IMG/VR virus record: IMGVR_UViG_3300020395_000067
Location: 1-29,314 of that record
Strand: one strand, 5' to 3'
Origin: a virus
Taxonomy: Duplodnaviria > Caudoviricetes
Length of the DNA: 29,314 bases
Shown here: piece after piece, positions 8,809 through 16,367 of the stretch
How positions within the stretch are numbered: position 1 is the first letter of the stretch
How the letters are laid out: each line of letters opens with the position of its first letter
Position numbers and translations under genes: made by a program
The notes under the pieces: generated by a model
Seen by the model: the letters and a program-made list of their open reading frames with translations, nothing else
What the model was told of the DNA's origin: nothing
Database searches by the model: none

Positions 8809-9285
8809 ATGCCTGAAGAAATAAAGGAAGAAGTTGTTGAAGAACAAGTTGAAGAGAAGAAAAAGGGTGTCCTTGGTAAAGTAAAGGATGCTATACTTCC
8901 AGACCCTGAAGAACAGGCAGCAATCATCTCCACAATGGTCAGAATTACTGTCCTTGCCTGGAGCGGTGGAATATTGACATTAAATTATGTTGCTATTCCA
9001 GGTGTGCCACAACAGAAAATTGACCCAACATTCATAGCTTCAGTTTTTACGGGAGTTTTAGCTAGTTTTGGAATCCAGACCGCATCTAAAAAAGGTGATG
9101 GTACTATGAAGATGAATGGTAATGGTAATGGTGGTAATGGTGGACCTCCTCCTGTTACAGCAAAAGACATAGAAGCAATTATTGCTAAGTCTGCTACAAC
9201 TGCTCCTACTCAAACAATTAGAATAGAGCAAGCACCTATTAAGATTACTACAGATAACGATTCAACAGAAACGTTTAAAATGTAA
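8809..9285 (+). CDS. Two-TM membrane protein (holin-like architecture)
   Basis: Charged N-terminus, two hydrophobic segments (VRITVLAWSGGILTL, FIASVFTGVLASFGI), hydrophilic tail. Confidence 0.7.
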   Translation: MPEEIKEEVVEEQVEEKKKGVLGKVKDAILPDPEEQAAIISTMVRITVLAWSGGILTLNYVAIPGVPQQKIDPTFIASVFTGVLASFGIQTASKKGDGTMKMNGNGNGGNGGPPPVTAKDIEAIIAKSATTAPTQTIRIEQAPIKITTDNDSTETFKM

Positions 9286-9290
9286 TCATT

Positions 9291-9319
9291 CTGACAAAAA
9301 TAAGTTTTTGTGATAGAAT
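9291..9319 (+). promoter_or_regulatory. Sigma70-type promoter with extended -10
   Basis: CTGACA, 17 bp spacer ending in TGn, then TAGAAT, upstream of 9358. Confidence 0.55.
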
Positions 9320-9357
9320 AGTTTATAGATAATTTTAGCATTGTATTTTTTGATAAA

Positions 9358-9621
9358 ATGCCAGTATATAGAGACTATGAAATACGTATCAATCTTAATG
9401 AATTAATTGAGAAACGTATTCCATGTTGTGATCTTTTGCATCCTGATCATTGTTTTACGGAACCGCAGATAGCACAGATTGCACATGATATTAATATGGA
9501 TTTAGATCTACATCCAGTTTATCACCAGATAGATGAGCATATTATGAGATATGTAAAAGCTGCTGGTATTGATAATACTGAACATTGGGTAGAGCCACGT
9601 CTTCCAGATTTGGAGGAATAA
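9358..9621 (+). CDS. Hypothetical protein
   Basis: 87 aa ORF containing several His/Cys residues. Confidence 0.75.
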   Translation: MPVYRDYEIRINLNELIEKRIPCCDLLHPDHCFTEPQIAQIAHDINMDLDLHPVYHQIDEHIMRYVKAAGIDNTEHWVEPRLPDLEE

Positions 9622-9623
9622 TA

Positions 9624-10310
9624 ATGACTGTTGATAATTTTGCAAAGCAGTTAAAGGAAGGAACTAAAAAATCTCATTCAGCAGCAGAAAACACTGCTTT
9701 TGTAAAATCCTTTTTAAAGGGTGTTGTGAATAAAGAAAGTTATAGGGGATTAATTAGTGATTTCTATTTTGTATATACTGCTTTAGAGGAAGAAGTTAGT
9801 AAACTACATGATCATCCAGTAGTTGGATGTTTGGATCTTCCAGATCTGAGAAGAAAATTAGCATTAGAAATGGATGTTAGATATTACTATGGACCTATTT
9901 GGAGATCTCTCATTAAACCGTCAGAAGCGTGTGAGAGGTATGTAAACCGTATTCATGAGGTAGCAAAAAATGAACCAGAACTTTTGGTTGGTCACCATTA
10001 CACCAGATACTTGGGCGACCTCTCAGGGGGTCAAATCCTTAAGGGAATTGCTGAAAAAGCTATGGAATTGGGGAATGGGCAAGGTCTCAAATTTTACGAG
10101 TTTGAAAAAATAGAAGATCCTAAAGCATATAAAGCGGGATATAGGGGAATTCTTAATGATTTACCTATAGATCAGCACCAAGCAGATGCTATAATAGTGG
10201 AAGCAAATTATGCTTTTAGATTGAATATGTATATGTTTGATACTCTAGAAGGTAATTGGTTTAAATCTTTACTTCAAATTTTTATTAGTTCAATTTTTAA
10301 AAAGAAATGA
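9624..10310 (+). CDS. ho1: Heme oxygenase (ferredoxin-dependent, biliverdin-producing)
   Basis: LKEGTKKSHSAAEN (proximal His), HHYTRYLGDLSGGQIL signature, EANYAFRLN. Start placed at ATG 9624 after GGAGG. Confidence 0.96.
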   Translation: MTVDNFAKQLKEGTKKSHSAAENTAFVKSFLKGVVNKESYRGLISDFYFVYTALEEEVSKLHDHPVVGCLDLPDLRRKLALEMDVRYYYGPIWRSLIKPSEACERYVNRIHEVAKNEPELLVGHHYTRYLGDLSGGQILKGIAEKAMELGNGQGLKFYEFEKIEDPKAYKAGYRGILNDLPIDQHQADAIIVEANYAFRLNMYMFDTLEGNWFKSLLQIFISSIFKKK

Positions 10311-10606
10311 TTTTTTTATCAACTCCATCAGTGTATAATTTACCTGGTACATGGGAGAAACAACCTATGATCCATCATTTAAATCTTACTCCCGATCAAG
10401 GATTTATCTTATTCTTTGGTCTAGTTCTTTTTGGTTTAGTTGGATGGGGATTATATCTTACAGTAGGAGGTGGCAAGAAAGAATTGAGAGATCCTATTGA
10501 TGAACACGCAAAGATGCACGAACTTGGAATTGCTCACGGTCATGGTGGAAATAAAGAGGCATATGAAATGTCTGGAAAGTTAAAACATTCACACGATGAT
10601 GATTAA
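10307..10606 (+). CDS. psbN: PsbN-like protein with His-rich C-terminal extension
   Basis: TM helix followed by GWGLYLTVG...LRDPIDEH, matching the PsbN pattern G.ALY..FG.....LRDPFEEH. ATGA overlap with ho1. Confidence 0.7.
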   Translation: MIFLSTPSVYNLPGTWEKQPMIHHLNLTPDQGFILFFGLVLFGLVGWGLYLTVGGGKKELRDPIDEHAKMHELGIAHGHGGNKEAYEMSGKLKHSHDDD

Positions 10607-10653
10607 CTAACATAGTGTTGGAGTCCACATATTAATGCGTAAAAATACCTATA

Positions 10654-10667
10654 TGGTATAATAAATA
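10654..10667 (+). promoter_or_regulatory. Overlapping extended -10 (TGgTATAAT) and late promoter (AATAAATA)
   Basis: tggtataataaata upstream of 10693. Confidence 0.6.
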
Positions 10668-10692
10668 ACATTAGTATGGGATTGAAAGAATC

Positions 10693-10917
10693 ATGCCCCT
10701 AACGCAACAAAAGCATTACACAGTCGGTTATCACGACTTACAAAAGAATCATTATGAAATCTGTGAGTACGCTACAGATTCATATGAGGCAATACAACAT
10801 AGTAAAGAGGATGTTCCTACATTAAAGGAGCATCCTCATTTTATTGATTACTGCACTAGTGAAGAGATAGATAATATTTCTCGTTTAATGGCAGCAGGTA
10901 TCCCAATGGGACGTTAA
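10693..10917 (+). CDS. Hypothetical protein (picocyanobacterial-type HYTVGYHD...EICEYA family)
   Basis: 74 aa ORF behind a promoter. Family resemblance is from memory only. Confidence 0.75.
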   Translation: MPLTQQKHYTVGYHDLQKNHYEICEYATDSYEAIQHSKEDVPTLKEHPHFIDYCTSEEIDNISRLMAAGIPMGR

Positions 10918-10919
10918 TT

Positions 10920-11015
10920 ATGAAACATGAAATAATGTGGTGGATGAGTAGACTCACCATCATGGGAACCTCTTTAAGTTTATCAGTGTGGCTTGCTGCA
11001 CAGGCATATGCTTAG
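10920..11015 (+). CDS. 31-aa hydrophobic micropeptide (not in ORF track)
   Basis: MKHEIMWWMSRLTIMGTSLSLSVWLAAQAYA. Starts 2 nt after the previous stop. Confidence 0.6.
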   Translation: MKHEIMWWMSRLTIMGTSLSLSVWLAAQAYA

Positions 11016-11142
11016 ACCTTTAATAGAATGGATAGGGGAGAATATGAATACTCTTGCACTATTCAGTTGGGTAATATTTTTACCTATAGGATTCATGTCA
11101 ATAGATTCAGAAAGAAATCCTCATAGATATCATCACAAATAA
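11008..11142 (+). CDS. 44-aa single-TM protein (not in ORF track)
   Basis: MLRPLIEWIGENMNTLALFSWVIFLPIGFMSIDSERNPHRYHHK. Overlaps the previous stop by 8 nt. Confidence 0.55.
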   Translation: MLRPLIEWIGENMNTLALFSWVIFLPIGFMSIDSERNPHRYHHK

Positions 11143-11180
11143 ATAAGTATGCTATAATATTAGTATACTTTAATTGGAAA

Positions 11181-11462
11181 ATGACTTTTCTAATATCAAT
11201 AATGTCTTTTGCAAATTTTGTATTTTGGCCATTGGTCATAGGTACAATCATTGCATTTATTATTGAGCAGATCCTAAGACAAATAGGTAATGCATATGAT
11301 CCTGTAGCAGTTAAGAAAGTAGATATTGCTATGCGTGTGAGAAAATATTTTTGGAGACAAGCCTGGTTATTTAATATAATATGGTTTGTATGTTATGGAA
11401 TATTACTATTTTTAATGAGACCAGGGCAACAAGCAATGCCCGATATGATTTGGCAAGGATGA
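11181..11462 (+). CDS. Two-TM membrane protein
   Basis: 93 aa with two hydrophobic helices. TGcTATAAT at 11150-11158 upstream. Confidence 0.75.
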   Translation: MTFLISIMSFANFVFWPLVIGTIIAFIIEQILRQIGNAYDPVAVKKVDIAMRVRKYFWRQAWLFNIIWFVCYGILLFLMRPGQQAMPDMIWQG

Positions 11463-11701
11463 AAAAAAATTACGATGACTCCAATTGGAGAGAAGAATCT
11501 ATACCTTACCATACAGGTAAGCAGGTAGAATTATTGATGGAAGGTCCTAAGAGTCTTGCTCAATCATGGATGATGGGAGCAATGTATAATCAATGGAAAA
11601 AAAGGAATGGTTATCATAAATTAGATCCACAGGAAAATGAAGGTCAATTGCAGTCATCATTGAAAGAGTTTTTTCAACGTCAAAAAGATCAAGGTATATA
11701 A
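11459..11701 (+). CDS. Hypothetical protein
   Basis: Start reassigned to ATG 11459 (ATGA overlap): MKKNYDDSNWREE... Confidence 0.7.
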   Translation: MKKNYDDSNWREESIPYHTGKQVELLMEGPKSLAQSWMMGAMYNQWKKRNGYHKLDPQENEGQLQSSLKEFFQRQKDQGI

Positions 11702-11937
11702 TGGAATTAACAGAAGAGAATGTAGTAAAGGTTCTAGAAGAACTTGTTCCTTATATTGAAGCAGATGGTGGATCCCTTCAATTTGTGGAAATAGAACATG
11801 AAACTAACTTTGTTAAGGTTAGATTAGGTGGTGCTTGTGAGACATGTGCTATGAGTGTTATGACTTTAAAGCAAGGCATAGAAAAGAAATTGATGAGTGA
11901 GATACCTGATTGTTATGGAGTTGTTCAAGTCCTTTAA
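11701..11937 (+). CDS. nifU: NifU/Nfu-type Fe-S cluster scaffold/carrier
   Basis: PYIEADGG...VKVRLGGACETCAMSVMTLKQGIE: single NifU C-terminal domain with CxxC. Confidence 0.92.
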   Translation: MELTEENVVKVLEELVPYIEADGGSLQFVEIEHETNFVKVRLGGACETCAMSVMTLKQGIEKKLMSEIPDCYGVVQVL

Positions 11938-12123
11938 ATGGGAGAGGTAGTTTGGTCAATAAATATTTTATTAGCTATACTTCTTGTAGGAGTATGTGTT
12001 ACAATATACTGGATATTTAAATATGATGACTGGTATCCTAACAACAATGTTCATAGTCACATCTCCTCTGAATCCGAACACGGCAATTCAGGAGATGAGG
12101 AATTGGGAGTCGGAGAGAACTAG
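11938..12123 (+). CDS. Single-TM membrane protein
   Basis: N-terminal hydrophobic helix. Starts immediately after the nifU stop. Confidence 0.65.
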   Translation: MGEVVWSINILLAILLVGVCVTIYWIFKYDDWYPNNNVHSHISSESEHGNSGDEELGVGEN

Positions 12124-12179
12124 GACTCCAGTAGAAGAGATGATAAATAACTCACTACAAGAAATGGAGTGGGGAGATT

Positions 12180-12641
12180 ATGGGAGCGATGGTTCCACCG
12201 AGTCGGAAGAGTTGTTACAATTTCCGAGTAACAGAGATAGTCAAGGTATTAGACGGGGATACGATAGATGTTCTAATCGATCTTGGATTCGATTTATTCA
12301 AGAAAGAACGGGTAAGAGTTGCTGGAGTGGATACTCCAGAGAAGAGAACTAGAGATTTAGAGGAGAAAGCACTTGGTATTGACGCAACTAAATGGCTTAA
12401 AGACAAGCTCGAAAGTACTATTGACGGTGATGATGAGCTTACTATTAGGACTGAACTTGTTGGTGGGGTCGGTAAATATGGTCGTCTTCTTGGGTGGCTT
12501 TATATCGGGGATTCAAACCTGTCGCTTAACGAACAAATGATTACTGAGGGGTATGCTTGGGCATATGATGGAGGTACAAAACAGAAAGACTTTGAAACAC
12601 TACGTGAGATACGTAGATCATTTGGAACACTAACGGAGTAA
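12180..12641 (+). CDS. Staphylococcal nuclease (thermonuclease)-like protein
   Basis: VLDGDTIDV, RVRVAGVDTPE, GKYGRLLG, LNEQMITEGYA motifs. GATAAATA at 12142 and a GGGGAG RBS upstream. Confidence 0.92.
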   Translation: MGAMVPPSRKSCYNFRVTEIVKVLDGDTIDVLIDLGFDLFKKERVRVAGVDTPEKRTRDLEEKALGIDATKWLKDKLESTIDGDDELTIRTELVGGVGKYGRLLGWLYIGDSNLSLNEQMITEGYAWAYDGGTKQKDFETLREIRRSFGTLTE

Positions 12642-12645
12642 AAAA

Positions 12646-12801
12646 ATGTGGAATTTTAATCCAAAAGATGCTTTTAATAAAGCAGTTGAATGGGATAAGA
12701 AATGGGCAAAGAAGATACAGGATAAGTTTAAATTGACTGATTATCAAATGCTTTGCCTTGCGTTTGCTAAAGGGTTAGTTATAGGAGTAATTATTATATG
12801 A
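12646..12801 (+). CDS. 51-aa protein with C-terminal hydrophobic segment (not in ORF track)
   Basis: MWNFNPKDAFNKAVEWDKKWAKKIQDKFKLTDYQMLCLAFAKGLVIGVIII. Confidence 0.65.
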   Translation: MWNFNPKDAFNKAVEWDKKWAKKIQDKFKLTDYQMLCLAFAKGLVIGVIII

Positions 12802-12962
12802 TTACTTTATCTTTAGTTGATATAATAGTAATTTTAATTGTAGTTATTGGTCTATACTATACTCATTACAATTTGGGTATAGGAAAAAGAAAGAGAAAAG
12901 ATATAAAAAGAACTATATTAGAAGCACTTAATGAGTGGGATCGTTCAAACGATCAATATTAG
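12798..12962 (+). CDS. 54-aa single-TM protein (not in ORF track)
   Basis: MITLSLVDIIVILIVVIGLYY...KRKRK. ATGA overlap. Confidence 0.6.
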   Translation: MITLSLVDIIVILIVVIGLYYTHYNLGIGKRKRKDIKRTILEALNEWDRSNDQY

Positions 12963-12970
12963 GAGGTATA

Positions 12971-13234
12971 ATGGAACTTAAGGATACATTAGTAACAGGA
13001 GCAACCGTATTGGCAGTAGGAACCAGTAGTGTTGTTGGTGGAAATCAAGTAATGGATAAGGTTAATAAAGGACCAGAAAAAAGAAGAGATGCTACGGTTG
13101 AAAGGGTGATGGCAGAACTTGCTCCATACATAGATCAAAGGATTCAGCAATTGGTTCCTACTACAACTGGTCCAGTGGTTCCTACAACTAAAGAACCCCA
13201 ATTGGATTATAGGAATAATGTCCCCCAAAGATAG
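12971..13234 (+). CDS. Hypothetical membrane-anchored protein
   Basis: AGGAGG RBS at 12961 supports ATG 12971 (MELKDTLVTG...). Confidence 0.7.
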   Translation: MELKDTLVTGATVLAVGTSSVVGGNQVMDKVNKGPEKRRDATVERVMAELAPYIDQRIQQLVPTTTGPVVPTTKEPQLDYRNNVPQR

Positions 13235-13418
13235 TAAGGATAGGGTCATTGACCTTATAAGGTTTGTTATCTTTTTTCAATTGGCAATAGTAGGAGCAAC
13301 TATATTTGGTTGTTTTATGCCTGGTAAGGTATGTGATTCAGATGTAAAGCAACACATTGCTAACATGATGACTGTTATAACTACTTCTACATTCGCATTA
13401 TACGCTGCAGAAAAATGA
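13218..13418 (+). CDS. Two-TM small membrane protein
   Basis: Two hydrophobic segments with a Cys pair in the loop. Confidence 0.65.
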   Translation: MSPKDSKDRVIDLIRFVIFFQLAIVGATIFGCFMPGKVCDSDVKQHIANMMTVITTSTFALYAAEK

Positions 13419-13630
13419 AAAACATTCCAATCCCAGTACTTACATTCTTAGCAGCACAATTAGGTGCAGCAGTTTGGTGGGGTGCTCAAATAGATGCCAA
13501 AGTAAAACTTGTTGAAGAAAATAGAAGATACATCCAAGAGGTTGTAATTCCTTCTTATGAGATTAGTGATAATTGGGACAATCCACATTACAACAACTGG
13601 TTAAAAGCAGGTGGTTGGAAAGATAAGTAA
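13415..13630 (+). CDS. N-terminally anchored membrane protein
   Basis: ATGA overlap, hydrophobic N-terminus. Confidence 0.7.
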   Translation: MKNIPIPVLTFLAAQLGAAVWWGAQIDAKVKLVEENRRYIQEVVIPSYEISDNWDNPHYNNWLKAGGWKDK

Positions 13631-13914
13631 TGACTGACATTACAGAAAAGGATTCGGAACAAGATGTAAAGATTGCTGTTCTTGATAGTACTCTTGAGAA
13701 TGCTACTCGTAGAATGGAATTGATTCATAAGAGAATTGATAGAACAGACGAGAGAATCACTAAATTAAATGAAGATGTACGAGAAAGGATCAGAGCACTA
13801 GAGAAATGGGTCTGGGGTGCAGGTGCTGTACTCACTGCCTTTATTGTTATTGGTGGAGTAGTAGGTGATTTAAATCTTATTCCAGATGGAGATGTGATAG
13901 AAAATGCATCCTAA
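13630..13914 (+). CDS. Coiled-coil protein with C-terminal TM (XhlA-like architecture)
   Basis: Heptad-like region then RIRALEKWVWGAGAVLTAFIVIGG. Confidence 0.7.
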   Translation: MTDITEKDSEQDVKIAVLDSTLENATRRMELIHKRIDRTDERITKLNEDVRERIRALEKWVWGAGAVLTAFIVIGGVVGDLNLIPDGDVIENAS

Positions 13915-14176
13915 AGGTTACACTAAAGAAGATATTAAAAGGATCTTAGGATCCTCTTGGCCTACTATGCCTGAAGATCATGAAACTGGTAATCAGTTAA
14001 GAAGAAGAAAGGGTAGGGAGATGAGAGAAGGGAAAAGACCTTATCCCACATACCCTGCAAAGAAGGTAGGTCCAAACTTTGATGAGAATGGAAAATATAT
14101 TTACCCACCAGGTTCTGGATTTAATTATATGGACAGATTAGATCCTAATTCTGAATGGGGTGGTAAAGTATCATGA
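13904..14176 (+). CDS. Hypothetical protein
   Basis: 90 aa, overlaps both neighbours. Confidence 0.65.
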   Translation: MHPKGYTKEDIKRILGSSWPTMPEDHETGNQLRRRKGREMREGKRPYPTYPAKKVGPNFDENGKYIYPPGSGFNYMDRLDPNSEWGGKVS

Positions 14177-15075
14177 TTCCTTATATTAATACGCAGAATC
14201 CATCAATACCAAATGTAGGTATTAGAGGAGTGGGTATTAGAGGAGTTCAATTTCTTAATGTTAGAACTTCTAATATAAGAAATTTAAATATTGCAGATAA
14301 TCGTGTATGGATGAATGAACCACCAAAAGCAGTTCCTCCTGAAGTTCCTGTTGTTGTAGAGATAGGTAAACCCATTGTGGATATGCCTGGATGTGTCAAA
14401 GTTCATAAAGAGAATTTAAAGCAGAGATCAAAAAATAAAATGCTTGTGGATGATGATCCTAAAGGTAATACTACCTTGTGTGATTCTGGTATGCCTTATT
14501 ATGAACCACCTGATTATCAATATAGCGGTTTAACTTGGACTACTGTAGTTCCTGAAGAACCTGAGCAAGAACCGCAAGAGAATACTCCACCAGATGCACC
14601 AGATCCTCCAACACCACCAGGAGCACCAACTTTACCAGAATCTAGTGAAGAGAAAGAATGTCCTGGACCTGGTGATCTACGTGTAGGTGATTACACTACA
14701 AGTGGAAACGAAAAGGTTTCAGGACATGAATGGAATAAGGATAAAACTGTATGTATTACTTTATATGAGGATGTAGGATTTGTTGAAAAGTATCTACCTA
14801 GTCCTCAGATTGTGACGACGACTGCGACGATTGCTGTTGTTGCGACTTCATCCGCCCTACTTGCCAAACCCCTAGCAGATCTGCTCCTGAAGGTGATAAA
14901 GCCTCTTGTGAAGAAGGTTTCTGCCAAGGTAAAGAAAGCCCTCGGAAAAACCCCTTACCGTCCAACTGCTTCTGAGATAAGGACAAATCAGTATCGGGAG
15001 AAGAAGGGTTTGCTTCCAAAGAATTTTGAGAAGGAGTATCAGAAGAAGATGAAGAAGACTGAGAAGAAGAAGTAG
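14173..15075 (+). CDS. Membrane-anchored protein with Pro-rich linker and Cys pairs
   Basis: Two Cys-pair subdomains separated by a P/E-rich linker, TM-like TTATIAVVATSSALLA, basic tail. Confidence 0.8.
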   Translation: MIPYINTQNPSIPNVGIRGVGIRGVQFLNVRTSNIRNLNIADNRVWMNEPPKAVPPEVPVVVEIGKPIVDMPGCVKVHKENLKQRSKNKMLVDDDPKGNTTLCDSGMPYYEPPDYQYSGLTWTTVVPEEPEQEPQENTPPDAPDPPTPPGAPTLPESSEEKECPGPGDLRVGDYTTSGNEKVSGHEWNKDKTVCITLYEDVGFVEKYLPSPQIVTTTATIAVVATSSALLAKPLADLLLKVIKPLVKKVSAKVKKALGKTPYRPTASEIRTNQYREKKGLLPKNFEKEYQKKMKKTEKKK

Positions 15076-15892
15076 TAGTATTTCCTAATTGGTGTGTATG
15101 ATCTGGAAGTGAACCAGGTTTTGCTTGTGTTACTACTACATCAGCACATATAGAAGCATAAGGTGAACGAGGATGGAATATAATACCTTTCTGCATTAAT
15201 TCACCACAATTTTTTAGACGTGCGATCTCAAAGTCTAATCTTTTGTTAGCAACTAGTTGAGTTGCCATATCGTTTTGTGCTTGTGCTGCTTCATGGCATT
15301 GGCGTACCATTTTTCTATTGAGTGGTATAGAAAGAGTAGCAGATAAACCTAAGTTAAGACTTTGGTTCGCTTTCATATCAGTACGAACTGGTTTCTGCCA
15401 GATTTGTTTACCAGGATTATCAGGTATACCATCAGGACCATCTACATCTACAGTAATCTCCATAGGAACACCATCTTCCCACCATCTATCGGGTTGTCCA
15501 TCACCATCTACATCATAGAGTGGGTCATCAGGGTCACTTCTTACTGTTGTGTTATACCAAGGTTCCCAAGGATAGTTTTTTACGGTAGTGGTTTGTTCTG
15601 TAATTTTACCAGTGAAGTCTGTCATATCATATTGGGGTTCATAATAAAAATCTTCCCAAGGATCTTTTCTACTATCTGCAAACTGTACGTATGGTGTAAG
15701 GTTAAACGTACTACCTTGACAACTAACACCACCACCATAGGTGTTAGTTATGTATGGCCCCTGGAGGACCTGTATAGCTTGGTTAGTTACCGAGCCAGAT
15801 GAGTTAGCTATTGGATTTGCAGTTGCCGATACACCACCAACGCCTTGTGCTAGTGCGACGTTAGGACATAAAAGACTACTACAAGTTGCTAT
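14798..15892 (-). CDS. Exported/outer-membrane-type protein (start codon uncertain)
   Basis: Signal-peptide-like ...LLCPNVALA then QGVGGVSATANP. Frame is open back to 16195, but that part overlaps the upstream gene. Confidence 0.75.
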   Translation of the reverse strand: MATCSSLLCPNVALAQGVGGVSATANPIANSSGSVTNQAIQVLQGPYITNTYGGGVSCQGSTFNLTPYVQFADSRKDPWEDFYYEPQYDMTDFTGKITEQTTTVKNYPWEPWYNTTVRSDPDDPLYDVDGDGQPDRWWEDGVPMEITVDVDGPDGIPDNPGKQIWQKPVRTDMKANQSLNLGLSATLSIPLNRKMVRQCHEAAQAQNDMATQLVANKRLDFEIARLKNCGELMQKGIIFHPRSPYASICADVVVTQAKPGSLPDHTHQLGNTTTSSSQSSSSSSDTPSQNSLEANPSSPDTDLSLSQKQLDGKGFFRGLSLPWQKPSSQEALSPSGADLLGVWQVGRMKSQQQQSSQSSSQSED

Positions 15893-16353
15893 TGTGTAAA
15901 GGTACTTGTTGTATCGGTTATGCTTTCTATTACTGTTGTTCTTTGAATTATTGTTTGATTTGTCATTCCTGGTCCAGAATATGTCTGGGTAAATTGAAAT
16001 GCGTCTCCAGGATTGTGTATTGTAAATGCTGTTTGGCCTGAGAGATCTAATGAGTCGAATGAACTTGTTACTGATCCCGTTACTTCTCCTGTTCCGTCCA
16101 CTGTAGGACTTACTTGAACTGTCGTTGTATTCACGTTGGGGTTCAATGGTGCACCGTTGTTGTCGATGCCTACCCCAGTCACTGTGTATTCCCATCCTGT
16201 TCTAAAATCCACTGAATTAATTGTTTCCGTCACGTTTGACGTTGTTTCTGTATGGCTAGTCATTGATCCCTGGGTAAAATTAGGGACCACGGGAACTGCT
16301 TTCACAACAGTCCCTGCATTAAGTAACAGTAACACCGCTAGGAGTTTCTTCAT
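15889..16353 (-). CDS. Exported Thr-rich beta-strand protein
   Basis: Signal peptide MKKLLAVLLLLNAGTVVKA. T/S/G-rich mature region. Confidence 0.85.
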   Translation of the reverse strand: MKKLLAVLLLLNAGTVVKAVPVVPNFTQGSMTSHTETTSNVTETINSVDFRTGWEYTVTGVGIDNNGAPLNPNVNTTTVQVSPTVDGTGEVTGSVTSSFDSLDLSGQTAFTIHNPGDAFQFTQTYSGPGMTNQTIIQRTTVIESITDTTSTFTQ

Positions 16354-16367
16354 AATATATATGAATC

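Noticed and set aside
10920-11015. PetN (cytochrome b6f subunit) similarity W-x9-SLSL-x-VW
   Set aside because: Lacks the conserved C-terminal GRxG and has an Arg within the helix. Too short to call without an HMM result.
15318-15802. Plus-strand ORFs of 66 and 146 aa opposite the exported protein
   Set aside because: Antisense shadows with no plausible start context.
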